From: Campylobacteraceae bacterium | Lineage (GTDB): Bacteria; Campylobacterota; Campylobacteria; Campylobacterales; Sulfurovaceae | Reading direction: 5' to 3' | Assembly: GCA_027036015.1 (NCBI GenBank) | Contig: JALVTH010000068.1 | Coordinates: 4,730-68,729, forward strand | DNA: 64,000 nt | Shown: one piece after another, positions 19,208 to 29,357 of the stretch | How the letters are laid out: each line of letters begins with the position of its first letter | Position numbering within the stretch: the first letter of the stretch is position 1 | Translations under genes and position numbers: made by a program | Notes under the pieces: model-generated | Told to the model about the DNA's origin: nothing | The model's database searches: none | What the model saw: the letters and a program-made list of their open reading frames with translations, nothing else

Positions 19208-20547
19208 ACGATACAATAGCAGCAATAGCAACGGCAACTGGAGTAGGCTCCATTGCCATAGTAAGAGTAAGTGGACCTAAAGCTTTAGAAGTGGCCCTTA
19301 AAATTACAAAGAAAAAAGAGTTAAAAAATAGAGTCGCTACCTTAACTTCACTCTATAATTACAAAAATGAACTAATTGATAGAGCAATTGTTCTTTATTT
19401 TCAAGCTCCAAAAAGTTTTACTGGAGAAAACATTGTTGAGTTTCAATGCCATGGTGGCTTTGTGGTAGCGCAAGAGATTTTAGATACCCTTTTAGCTTAT
19501 AACATAAGATTGGCTCAGCCTGGAGAATTTACCAAAAGAGCCTTTTTAAATGGAAAAATAGATTTAAGTGAAGCTGAAGCCATCGCTAAAATCATTGAGA
19601 GCAAAAGTGTAGAAGGTGCAAAAGTTTTAGCCAGACAAATAAAAGGAGAATTAAAAGAATTTATTGAGCAAGCAAGAGAAAAGCTCCTTTTACTTTTAGC
19701 TCAATCTGAAGTAATGATTGATTATGCTGAAGAAGATATCCCTTCATCTACTTACAATCAAATGCATTCACTTTTAAAAGAACTAATAGAAAAACTTACA
19801 AATATCGTTACCTCAAGCCAAAGAAGAAAAGGAATAATCGAAGGCTTTTATTTAGCAATTATTGGCCGTCCAAACGTTGGAAAAAGCTCCATTTTAAATA
19901 AAATGCTCAATTACAACAGAGCAATCGTAAGTGACATAGCAGGAACAACAAGAGATTCAATAGAAGAACAACTAAAAATTGGCTCTCACATCGTTAAAAT
20001 TGCAGATACCGCTGGAATTCGAAACGCAAATGATGTTATTGAAAAAATTGGCGTTGAGCGCTCTATAGAATGGATGCAAAATGCCGATTTAATTATTGCT
20101 GTTTTTGATGCTTCACAATCTTTAAATAGCGAAGATAAAAAAGTTTTAGAACTCCTTTCAAAGCAAGAAAAAGAAAAAGTCATTATCGTCTTTAACAAAA
20201 TTGACAAGGCTTCTTTTATTGAATTTGAAAACTTTAAAGAATTTCCAAATCAAATTAAATTGAGCGCTAAAAAAAGCGTTGATTTACTCTTAGGAAAAAT
20301 TGAAGCAATTTTAAATAGACTCTCTTTAAGCGATGATTTAATGCTCATTTCCAATAGACAAATAGAATCGGCAAAAAAAGCACTCAATGCTTTAAAAGAA
20401 GCAAAAGAGCCTTTAGAAAATTTTGAATTAGAGTTTTTTAGTTATTATATTAATGAAGCACTCACAGCTCTTAATGAAATTAGCAAGCCTTATCAATATG
20501 AAGAACTCTTAGATAAGATGTTTAGCGAGTTTTGTTTAGGCAAATAA
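19204..20547 (+). CDS. mnmE: tRNA modification GTPase MnmE (TrmE)
   Basis: 447 aa with DTIAAIAT, G1 GRPNVGKSS, DTAGIR and the C-terminal FCLGK. ATGA overlap with jag. Confidence 0.95.
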   Translation: MNDTIAAIATATGVGSIAIVRVSGPKALEVALKITKKKELKNRVATLTSLYNYKNELIDRAIVLYFQAPKSFTGENIVEFQCHGGFVVAQEILDTLLAYNIRLAQPGEFTKRAFLNGKIDLSEAEAIAKIIESKSVEGAKVLARQIKGELKEFIEQAREKLLLLLAQSEVMIDYAEEDIPSSTYNQMHSLLKELIEKLTNIVTSSQRRKGIIEGFYLAIIGRPNVGKSSILNKMLNYNRAIVSDIAGTTRDSIEEQLKIGSHIVKIADTAGIRNANDVIEKIGVERSIEWMQNADLIIAVFDASQSLNSEDKKVLELLSKQEKEKVIIVFNKIDKASFIEFENFKEFPNQIKLSAKKSVDLLLGKIEAILNRLSLSDDLMLISNRQIESAKKALNALKEAKEPLENFELEFFSYYINEALTALNEISKPYQYEELLDKMFSEFCLGK

Positions 20548-20614
20548 ACAAGATTTTGTTGCAATTTAGAAAAATTATGTTATATTTAACAATAATTTTT
20601 AAGGAGAATTTCAA

Positions 20615-21253
20615 ATGAAAAAATTACTGGTTGCACTCTTTAGCATTTTTTTCTTTAGTGCCTGTAACATTTATCGCCAAATGGTAATACCTACGCCATA
20701 TTATCCTAAAAATCAAAACAATAATCAAATCATCGTTCAAGAAGAAAATCAAAACAAAACTTTTGGACAAGCACAAGAGATTAAGCCAATCTCAAAAGCT
20801 CCAATCAAAACAAAAAATAAAACCATCGTCCAAAGAATCCCTTTTCCAGAGGCAGAATATGCAGCTTTAGCAAAAACGGGTGATGCTACTGTTAAAGGAG
20901 TTATTTACGTTATTACTCCAGGTGGACAAAAAATTTATGGTAAAGAGACAAGACTCTATTTAAATCCAGTTACAAGCTATTCAACTCAATGGTATAAAGA
21001 GAGCTATTTAGGTGGAGCAAAAATGTCAAAAGTTGATCCAAGACTTTTTAATTATTTACGATTTACCACTTCTGATGAAACGGGACATTTTGAATTTTTA
21101 AATGTTCCAAGTGGAAGTTACTATTTAATTGGTGTAGTAAAATGTGGAACAGAGTGTGGGTATGCACCTGAGAAAAATATAAGAATTGCTAAAAAAATCT
21201 CAGTTATTGGAAAAGAAGTAAAAGAAGTAACCCTTTCAAAAACCTTACAATAA
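20615..21253 (+). CDS. Lipoprotein with a carboxypeptidase-regulatory-like beta-sandwich domain, function unknown
   Basis: Lipobox FFFSAC. The segment GHFEFLNVPSGSYYLIG is typical of CarboxypepD_reg-like folds. Confidence 0.5.
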   Translation: MKKLLVALFSIFFFSACNIYRQMVIPTPYYPKNQNNNQIIVQEENQNKTFGQAQEIKPISKAPIKTKNKTIVQRIPFPEAEYAALAKTGDATVKGVIYVITPGGQKIYGKETRLYLNPVTSYSTQWYKESYLGGAKMSKVDPRLFNYLRFTTSDETGHFEFLNVPSGSYYLIGVVKCGTECGYAPEKNIRIAKKISVIGKEVKEVTLSKTLQ

Positions 21254-22150
21254 AAGCTTTTTAAAATCACTCAGTTCAAATAAAAGCAAAGAGGAATTTC
21301 TTTTTTTTAACAACTCTTTGCTAAATCCTCCTTTTGCAAAAAAAGCTAAAATGTTTGCTTGTAAATTTGATTTTTCTATCTTTTTTTGCAATTTTATAAG
21401 TTCTGCTTTTGTAATTGGACGATTGCTAAATTTACACTCTCCAACCAAAAAACCTTTTCCTTCAATTTCACAATAGATATCAAACTCGCTAAATTTATCC
21501 CAATATGCATAACAATTTTGCACTAAATCAATATCTTTAAAAGAAAGTTTTAATAATTCCTGACTTAGTTGCTCAAATATTAATGCACTCAATCTATTTT
21601 GCATGACATGGAAATTTTGAAAGAGCTTTGTAAAATTAATAAAACCCTTTTTATTTTTACTTGGTTCAATAACTCCAAAATAAAATCGAAAAAAAGGTTT
21701 AGTAAAGATAAATTTATCTTGGATTTGATAATTTTTAAACTCTTTTTTAATAGCCATTTTAGGATAGAGCTTTAAAGGAGGTTCACGAGAGGGCAATTTG
21801 TAAAGAATTTTTAATTCAAGTAACTCTTGAATAATATCACTTCCAAATTCTTTACCAATTGCACTTTTGTATAAAGTAGAAAAATATTTTCCATCACTTT
21901 TAGCTAAAACCATTAAAAAACGGCGATATGGTTCGTTTAAAAGAAAAAAAGGTATCTCTTTTTCTAAAGTCTCAATAAATTCATTACTTTGAAGAAGTTT
22001 GGCAATCTCATTTTTATGAAGATCTAAAAAGCTCTCTAAGCCACCCAAAAAAGCAAAATTGGTTATTACTTCATCTAAACTAAAAAACGGATATCTAAGA
22101 TAAAACTTTTTAAATGTTTCTTGTAGTCTCAAAGGAGATTCAGGCTGCAA
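21245..22150 (-). CDS. DUF234-type protein (PD-(D/E)xK-like C-terminal domain) lacking the usual N-terminal ATPase
   Basis: 301 aa. C-terminal segment FDIYCEIEGKGFLVGECKFSNRPITKAELIKLQKK..FAKGGFS resembles DUF234. No Walker A motif anywhere. TTG start at 22150; the start position is uncertain. Confidence 0.5.
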   Translation of the reverse strand: MQPESPLRLQETFKKFYLRYPFFSLDEVITNFAFLGGLESFLDLHKNEIAKLLQSNEFIETLEKEIPFFLLNEPYRRFLMVLAKSDGKYFSTLYKSAIGKEFGSDIIQELLELKILYKLPSREPPLKLYPKMAIKKEFKNYQIQDKFIFTKPFFRFYFGVIEPSKNKKGFINFTKLFQNFHVMQNRLSALIFEQLSQELLKLSFKDIDLVQNCYAYWDKFSEFDIYCEIEGKGFLVGECKFSNRPITKAELIKLQKKIEKSNLQANILAFFAKGGFSKELLKKRNSSLLLFELSDFKKLLL

Positions 22151-22159
22151 ACGCAGCCT
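22142..22159 (-). terminator. GC-rich hairpin downstream of the cytochrome c gene (possible terminator or translational occluder)
   Basis: Perfect 7-bp stem AGGCTGC/GCAGCCT with a 4-nt loop, 10 nt after the cytochrome c stop. No clear U-tract follows on the minus strand. It contains the GAAGG SD and TTG start of the next ORF. Confidence 0.35.
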
Positions 22160-22169
22160 TCTTAATTAA

Positions 22170-22565
22170 TTATTTTTTTAAAGAGCTAATGTATGCAGCT
22201 ACAGCTTTAATATCCTCATCGCTTAAGCTGCTCACTTGAGTTTTCATTAAACCACCCATGCCATGTTTATTTCTTGTTCCAGCTTTATAGCCTTTAAGTG
22301 CTTCTTCAGTTTTAGCAGCATCCCAACCAGCAATAACTTCAGATTTACCAAGAGCTTTGTTTTGTGCTTTATCACCATGGCAGCTTTGACATTTTGCAAA
22401 TACTGCTTTACCTTTTGCTACTAAATCTCCAGCTGCAGGAGCTGCTTTAGCTGCAGTAGCATTTGTTTCAGCTTTTGTAGCGTTAGCCTCAGCTTTAGTT
22501 GCATTAGCTTCTGCTGCAAAAATTACACCAGTTGCTAAAATTAGGCTTAATGCGATTTTTTTCAT
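22170..22565 (-). CDS. Periplasmic class I c-type cytochrome (c553-like)
   Basis: 131 aa with a signal peptide, heme motif CQSCH and a distal Met region (GMGGLM). The N-terminal linker has a tandem AEANATK repeat. Confidence 0.88.
   Translation of the reverse strand: MKKIALSLILATGVIFAAEANATKAEANATKAETNATAAKAAPAAGDLVAKGKAVFAKCQSCHGDKAQNKALGKSEVIAGWDAAKTEEALKGYKAGTRNKHGMGGLMKTQVSSLSDEDIKAVAAYISSLKK
22455..22511 (-). repeat. In-frame 21-nt tandem repeat (about 2.7 units) encoding (A-E-A/T-N-A-T-K)x3
   Basis: I checked the codons one by one. Residues 19-37 read EANATKA EANATKA ETNAT. Confidence 0.8.
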
Positions 22566-22596
22566 CTTCTCTCCTTCATTATATTTCGTGTAAAGT

Positions 22597-22605
22597 ATTA
22601 TAACA
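22597..22605 (-). promoter_or_regulatory. Extended -10 promoter element (TGTTATAAT) for the cytochrome c gene
   Basis: The reverse complement of ATTATAACA lies about 30 nt upstream of the ATG (22565), with SD GAAGGAGAG in between. Confidence 0.45.
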
Positions 22606-22684
22606 CCTTTTCTATGAAAAATACGCTAAAATAAAAAAAATTTAAAAAAAATGTGTAAATTAATAAATTTAATAGCTTAATAAG

Positions 22685-23884
22685 TTACTCTAATTCACGC
22701 TCTCTATTTTTTAAATAGCGAATAATCCCTTTTACAATTCCATCAGCTATTTTTTCTTGATAAAGTGGACTAAATAATCTTTTTCTCTCAACTGGATTAG
22801 AGATATACCCAACTTCTATTAAAATTGCTGGCATCTCGGCCCCAACCAAAACATAAAAAGGACCACCTCTTACCCCGCCATCTTTTACATCTGGATAAAT
22901 ACTTCGAACACTTTCTAAAACTGCTTTTTGAACGTCAATTGCTAGTCTATGGGAGAGTTCAATTTTTGGTCCCGTAAATACTGCATTTAAAAGTACTTTT
23001 CTTGTTGCACTATCTTTTGCGCTAAGAAGCGTTCGATTCTCTTTTGCCGCAATTCGAAGAGCTCTTGCATTTCTAGTTTTTAGTAAAAAATATGTCTCAA
23101 CACCTTTTGCAATGTTTTTTCTTCTCCAATTAGAAATGGAGTTTGCATGAATAGAAACAAACAAATCTGCATGCAATTTATTAGCTTTTTTTATTCGTTG
23201 ATGAAGTGATAAAAATTGATTATCACGATATCTTGTCATTGCAACCTTAAAGCCAAGTATTTTTAATTTTTTATAAACTCTTTTTGCAATTTGTAAAACC
23301 AAAACTTTTTCTTTATATCTTCCAGCAACGGCTCCTGCATCTTGTTTTCCATGCCCAGGATCAATTAAAATAAAATAGTTATTTTTTAAATTAATTGAAT
23401 AAGGTGTAGAATAAATTTGCGCTTTTTGCTCTTTTGGAGAAATTTTTGATGTATCTAAATCTTTACGAATTGAGTTAAAAAGTTTTTTTACTTCCTTATT
23501 CTTTTCTTGGCTTACTTTATGAGCTGGTAAAGAGATATGAAAAATGGCACTATCTTTTTGAAAAAATTTTAAAAGATATTTTACTCTACTATCAATTACT
23601 ACTCGAACAACGTTTGCTTTATATTGGGAAATACGAATTGATTGCAATTCACCTTTGCAAGTATATTTATATTTTATCTTTTTATTTTTTGTGCAATTTT
23701 TAAAATCAAAAACATATTTTGTTATATTATTACTTGGAATGATAAAACTATTTAACTCTTGCTTTTTTAATGGACGTTTAAAAAAGAGTTTTAAATACTC
23801 CTTTTCAATCGAAATTTTCTCTAAAGTATTTGCCAAGGCAAAAGAAAAAAAAAGAGTAAGTAAGAAAAAAGCTCTACTCACCAT
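22685..23884 (-). CDS. amiA: N-acetylmuramoyl-L-alanine amidase (AMIN plus Amidase_3 domains)
   Basis: 399 aa with a signal peptide. Motifs IDPGHGKQDAGA, SIHANS and VETYF; the C-terminus contains EVGYISNP. Confidence 0.88.
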   Translation of the reverse strand: MVSRAFFLLTLFFSFALANTLEKISIEKEYLKLFFKRPLKKQELNSFIIPSNNITKYVFDFKNCTKNKKIKYKYTCKGELQSIRISQYKANVVRVVIDSRVKYLLKFFQKDSAIFHISLPAHKVSQEKNKEVKKLFNSIRKDLDTSKISPKEQKAQIYSTPYSINLKNNYFILIDPGHGKQDAGAVAGRYKEKVLVLQIAKRVYKKLKILGFKVAMTRYRDNQFLSLHQRIKKANKLHADLFVSIHANSISNWRRKNIAKGVETYFLLKTRNARALRIAAKENRTLLSAKDSATRKVLLNAVFTGPKIELSHRLAIDVQKAVLESVRSIYPDVKDGGVRGGPFYVLVGAEMPAILIEVGYISNPVERKRLFSPLYQEKIADGIVKGIIRYLKNRERELE

Positions 23885-24968
23885 GGACCAACTTTTGCAT
23901 CAATTCTTTAACACTAATAATTTCGTTTAATCTATAGCCATTAGCTCCTGTAAAAAAGAGCCCTGTCTCAAGCTTTCCATCATATGCATCACTTAAACTA
24001 TCGGCAATGCAATATCCTACAAGTTTTGCTTCTTCTCCTCTATGACACGGTGCAACACAATTTGAAATGCATCGAATTTTTGGTGCCTTTCCCTCTTTGA
24101 TAAGGCGATGTAAATTGGTTTTTACACCTCTTGCTGGATAACCTACTGGAGATTTAAAAAGCTTGATATCTTCTTTTTTTGCGTTTAAAATAACTTGTTT
24201 AAACTCATCACTTGCGTCACACTCATACGTTCCAATAAAGCGCGTTCCCATCTGAACGCCACTAGCTCCAAGTTTAAGCATTCTTACAATGTCATTTTTA
24301 TCCCAAATGCCTCCAGCAGCGATGACTGGAATATCACCCCATTTTTTTGCCTCTTTAACAACTTCTGGTAAAATGACTTCCAACTGATTTTCTGGTTTAA
24401 AACAATCTTCATATTTAAATCCTTGATGTCCTCCACTTAAAGGACCTTCAACAATTACGGCATCTGGAAGTCTTTTATGTGTTTTTTCCCATCTTCTACA
24501 AAGAATTCTAAGAGCTTTGGCAGTAGAAACAATTGGAACCAGGGCAACGTCTGGATAATTTTTTGCAGCATCTGGCATTGTCAAAGGAAGCCCTGCTCCA
24601 GTAATAATAATATTTGCTCCAGCCTCGCATGCATCTTTTACTACTCTATCATAATCGTTTATTGCATATAAAACGTTAGCTCCAAGTGGTTTATTTCCAC
24701 AAATTTTTCTTGCATTTTCAAAAATTTTAAAAAGAGCTTGACGAGAATAAAAATTTTCTACCTCATACGGTCTGCCCTCACCCATTACCTTTTTAGTATA
24801 TTTTCTATTTTCATAAATCCCTGTTCCAACGGCACTAATAACGCCAAGGCCTCCTTCTTTACTTACATTTCCTGCTAATCTATCCCACGAGATTCCAACA
24901 CCCATACCACCTTGTATGATTGGGTATTTTATCTCATACTTCCCAATTTTTAAGGATTTTAATTCCAT
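23874..24968 (-). CDS. NAD(P)H-dependent flavin oxidoreductase, nitronate monooxygenase (NMO/FabK-like) family
   Basis: 364 aa TIM-barrel FMN protein with IIQGGMGVGIS, PVIAAGGIWD and GASGVQMGTRF. Confidence 0.75.
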   Translation of the reverse strand: MELKSLKIGKYEIKYPIIQGGMGVGISWDRLAGNVSKEGGLGVISAVGTGIYENRKYTKKVMGEGRPYEVENFYSRQALFKIFENARKICGNKPLGANVLYAINDYDRVVKDACEAGANIIITGAGLPLTMPDAAKNYPDVALVPIVSTAKALRILCRRWEKTHKRLPDAVIVEGPLSGGHQGFKYEDCFKPENQLEVILPEVVKEAKKWGDIPVIAAGGIWDKNDIVRMLKLGASGVQMGTRFIGTYECDASDEFKQVILNAKKEDIKLFKSPVGYPARGVKTNLHRLIKEGKAPKIRCISNCVAPCHRGEEAKLVGYCIADSLSDAYDGKLETGLFFTGANGYRLNEIISVKELMQKLVHGE

Positions 24969-26170
24969 TATTTAACCTTTGCTTTGGCAAACTTCCTTTT
25001 ACCAACTTGTAAAATATATTCGCCTTTTTCTAATTTTAACTGTTCATCATTCACTTTTTCTTGATTGATTCGAACAGCACCTTGTTTTATATCACGTCTT
25101 GCTTGCGAAGTAGAAGGCTCTAATCCACACGCTTGCAATGCCTTACAAATCCAAATCCCTTCTTCTAACTCATACTCTGGTATATCTTGAGGAATTTCTC
25201 TCTTTTTAAAAAGTGAATCAAAAGCCTCTTTTGCTTTTTTTGCCTCTTCTTTTGAACTAAAGCGCTCAGTTATTTCAAGTGCAAGCTCTTCTTTTACCTT
25301 TTTAGGATGTAAAGATCCATCTTTTACGCCCTCTTTTAAGGCTTGAATTTCTTCAATACTCTTTTGGCTAAGCAACTCATAATAGCGCCACATCAACTCA
25401 TCTGAAATGGACATAATCTTAGCATAGATATCTTTAGGTGGCTCAGTTACTCCAATGTAATTACCCAACGATTTACTCATTTTTTGAACGCCATCAAGCC
25501 CTTCTAAAATTGGCATCATCATAATGGCTTGCTCTTTGCCAACATTATAGGCTCTTTGCAAATAACGCCCCATGTGTAAATTAAACTTTTGATCTGTTCC
25601 GCCAATTTCTATGTCGCTTTTTAAATAAACGCTATCATATCCTTGTAAAAGTGGGTAGATAAACTCAGATATTGCAATAGAGATTCCATTTTTATAGCGT
25701 TTTTCAAAATCATCTCGTTCTAACATTCTTGCAACATTATATTGCATAGCCAAAGCAATGAGCCCTCTTGAACCAAGTGCGTCAAGCCACTTAGAATTAT
25801 AATAGATTTTTGTCTTTTCTTTATCTAAAATTTTAAATGCTTGTTCTCTAAAGGTTTTAGCATTTTTTTCTATCTCTTCGCGTGGCAATACTTTTCTTGT
25901 TGCACTTTTACCAGTAGGATCACCTATTGTTGCGGTAAAATCACCAATAATAAGTTGCACTATAGCACCATGCTTTTGAAAAGTTGCCAATTTTTGTAAA
26001 ACGACGGTATGTCCTAAATGAATATCAGGTGCGGTTGGATCAACTCCAAATTTAACAGTATAATTTTCTCCCGTTTCATAATATTTTTTTACTAACTCTT
26101 CAATTTTTTCAACCCCAATAACTTCTGCGTTTGCTCGTAAAATCTCTTCTAAAGCTTTTTTGTAACTCAA
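24968..26170 (-). CDS. tyrS: Tyrosine--tRNA ligase
   Basis: 400 aa with HIGH (DIHLGH), KMSKS and a C-terminal S4-like domain. TTG start with SD AAAGGGGA. Confidence 0.95.
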   Translation of the reverse strand: MSYKKALEEILRANAEVIGVEKIEELVKKYYETGENYTVKFGVDPTAPDIHLGHTVVLQKLATFQKHGAIVQLIIGDFTATIGDPTGKSATRKVLPREEIEKNAKTFREQAFKILDKEKTKIYYNSKWLDALGSRGLIALAMQYNVARMLERDDFEKRYKNGISIAISEFIYPLLQGYDSVYLKSDIEIGGTDQKFNLHMGRYLQRAYNVGKEQAIMMMPILEGLDGVQKMSKSLGNYIGVTEPPKDIYAKIMSISDELMWRYYELLSQKSIEEIQALKEGVKDGSLHPKKVKEELALEITERFSSKEEAKKAKEAFDSLFKKREIPQDIPEYELEEGIWICKALQACGLEPSTSQARRDIKQGAVRINQEKVNDEQLKLEKGEYILQVGKRKFAKAKVK

Positions 26171-26181
26171 ATTAGTCCCCT

Positions 26182-28341
26182 TTATTTTTTATATGCGTCA
26201 TTCAAAGAGATAAATTCAATTAATTTAAATTTTCTTGATATTATATCTTTAATTACATTTTTATTATCTGAAGTACTCTCTACTTCTAACCTACAATAAT
26301 CGGCACTTTCACTATCTTTTATACCAAGTTCAATGTTAATAATATTTAAATCAAGACTCTCTATCTCTTTTAAAAGCTCTAAAAGAGCTCCTTTTTTATT
26401 TTGCAATGCAACGATAAGTCGATATTTTGCACTTTTATTATTTTTCCAGCGGGCAAAAATCATTTGATTATTTTTTTCGTTTAACAGTTCATAAGCATGT
26501 GAACAGAGTTTATGGTGTACCAAGCCTTTATTGTTTTCATAAAACATTACAATTTCATCTCCAAGTCTTGGATGACAACAATAATCAAAATCAACTTCAT
26601 TAATTATTTTATTCGTAAAAACTCTAAAATATCCAACTTTTTTAAAAGTTGGCTTTTTGTAACCTTTTTTTAATATCTCCCAAAAACGAACTTCTCTAAG
26701 CCCCTTATATTGGGCAATTTTTTTCATGTTTTCTTTTAAAGAATTAATATTAACTGGCACTTTTGCAAGCTGTTCATTGCTTATTTGAAGCTCTTTAATA
26801 ATTTCATTAATTTCATCTTCACTTAATTCAAAAAGCGTTGCAAAAATTTTAATGGCACTTTTGATATTAATCTCTTTAATTCGTTTGTTACAAAGCGCTT
26901 TTATTCCCTCTTTTGCTTTTGAAGTTTTTACGTTATTAATCCAAGAACAATGAAGCCTTGGCGTCTCTTGCGTTATAATTTTTACAATATCTCCATTATG
27001 AAGCTCTCTTAAAAGTGATATTCTTTCTTTATTTACATATGCAGCCGTAGCTAAATCTCCAATTTCAGAATGCACCGCATATGCAAAATCAAGCGCTACT
27101 GCACCGCGAGGCAAAGTAAAGTGATCTCCTTTTGGCGAATAAACAACAATATCATCGCTAAAAAGGTCTGCTTTTGCCGCTTCATAAAATTTTTCGATTG
27201 AATCTGCTTGATATGGCAAATTATTTAACCAATCTAAATTAACAACATCAGCTCCACCCTCTTTATATTTCCAATGCGCAGCAATCCCATATTCTGCAAT
27301 TTTTTGCATCAATTCCGTTCTAATTTGCACTTCTACAATATCATCATCAATAAAAAGAGTAGTATGAATCGTTTGATAACCATTATCTTTTGGAAGCGCA
27401 ATATAGTCTTTAAAGCGCGAAATAATTGGATTGTAATTTAAATGCAAAATACCTAAAATTTTATAACAATCTAAAGGCTCTTTTGCAATAACCCTAATTG
27501 CTAAAAGATCTAAAATTTCTTCAATAGAAATCCCTTTTCTTTGCATCTTAAGATAAATAGAATAGTAGTGTTTCACTCTCCCAATGACTCTAAAATCCCC
27601 TCTTGGAATACCTTTTTTAATTAAAAGCTCTTTTACTTTTTCTATTACACTATTAAGACGTAAATTTAAATCTTGTTTATGCGATGTGATATATTCATCT
27701 ATCTTTTGAAACTCTTTAGGATAGATATACTTAAAAGCTAAATCTTCTAAATAATTTTTTAGTTTTGCAATACCAAGTCTATGAGCAATGGGAGCATACA
27801 CCACTAAAGTTTCTTCAGCAATACGTTTTTGCTTTTTTGGTGGTAGTGCATCAAGTGTTAGCATATTATGCAATCGATCGCAAAGTTTGACCACCAATAC
27901 ACGCATATCTTTAATAGAGACTAAAAGCATTTTTCTAAAAGAAAGAGCTGATTTAACAAGCTTTTCATTCGAGCTTGAAGGTATAAGCTCATCTTCTCGA
28001 ATTTCAACAATTTTAGTTAAACCCTCAACCAAAAGAGCAACTTCCTCTCCAAAAAGTGTTTTAATATCTTCTAAAGTATAAGGCGTATCTTCTACTACAT
28101 CATGAAGCAACGCAGCAATAACCATTGTCTCATCATTTGCTACAGCAGCAGTAATTGCGGCAACTAAAATAGGATGAATAACATAAGGTTCGCCGCTTTT
28201 TCGAAATTGCCCATCATGAGCCATTTGGGCAAAATCGATAGCTTTTTGAATTTGTGGAGTAATTTCAATTTGCGTTGCCAAAAGTTTTATGGCATCATCA
28301 ATAACTTTTACTTTATTTATTAACTCAATAAAATTTGTCAA
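26182..28341 (-). CDS. spoT: Bifunctional (p)ppGpp synthetase/hydrolase (RelA/SpoT homologue)
   Basis: 719 aa with an HD domain (HDVVEDT), RelA_SpoT synthetase region (YQTIHTT), TGS and a C-terminal ACT-like domain. The TTG start abuts the rpoZ stop. Confidence 0.93.
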   Translation of the reverse strand: MTNFIELINKVKVIDDAIKLLATQIEITPQIQKAIDFAQMAHDGQFRKSGEPYVIHPILVAAITAAVANDETMVIAALLHDVVEDTPYTLEDIKTLFGEEVALLVEGLTKIVEIREDELIPSSSNEKLVKSALSFRKMLLVSIKDMRVLVVKLCDRLHNMLTLDALPPKKQKRIAEETLVVYAPIAHRLGIAKLKNYLEDLAFKYIYPKEFQKIDEYITSHKQDLNLRLNSVIEKVKELLIKKGIPRGDFRVIGRVKHYYSIYLKMQRKGISIEEILDLLAIRVIAKEPLDCYKILGILHLNYNPIISRFKDYIALPKDNGYQTIHTTLFIDDDIVEVQIRTELMQKIAEYGIAAHWKYKEGGADVVNLDWLNNLPYQADSIEKFYEAAKADLFSDDIVVYSPKGDHFTLPRGAVALDFAYAVHSEIGDLATAAYVNKERISLLRELHNGDIVKIITQETPRLHCSWINNVKTSKAKEGIKALCNKRIKEINIKSAIKIFATLFELSEDEINEIIKELQISNEQLAKVPVNINSLKENMKKIAQYKGLREVRFWEILKKGYKKPTFKKVGYFRVFTNKIINEVDFDYCCHPRLGDEIVMFYENNKGLVHHKLCSHAYELLNEKNNQMIFARWKNNKSAKYRLIVALQNKKGALLELLKEIESLDLNIINIELGIKDSESADYCRLEVESTSDNKNVIKDIISRKFKLIEFISLNDAYKK

Positions 28342-29357
<1,016 letters not shown>

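Noticed and set aside
23874-24968. The NMO-family flavoprotein as a second enoyl-ACP reductase (FabK) alongside FabI.
   Set aside because: Its length (364 aa) and its context (between tyrS and amiA) are not diagnostic. FabK and nitronate monooxygenase-like proteins cannot be separated by eye. It is reported only as a family-level call.
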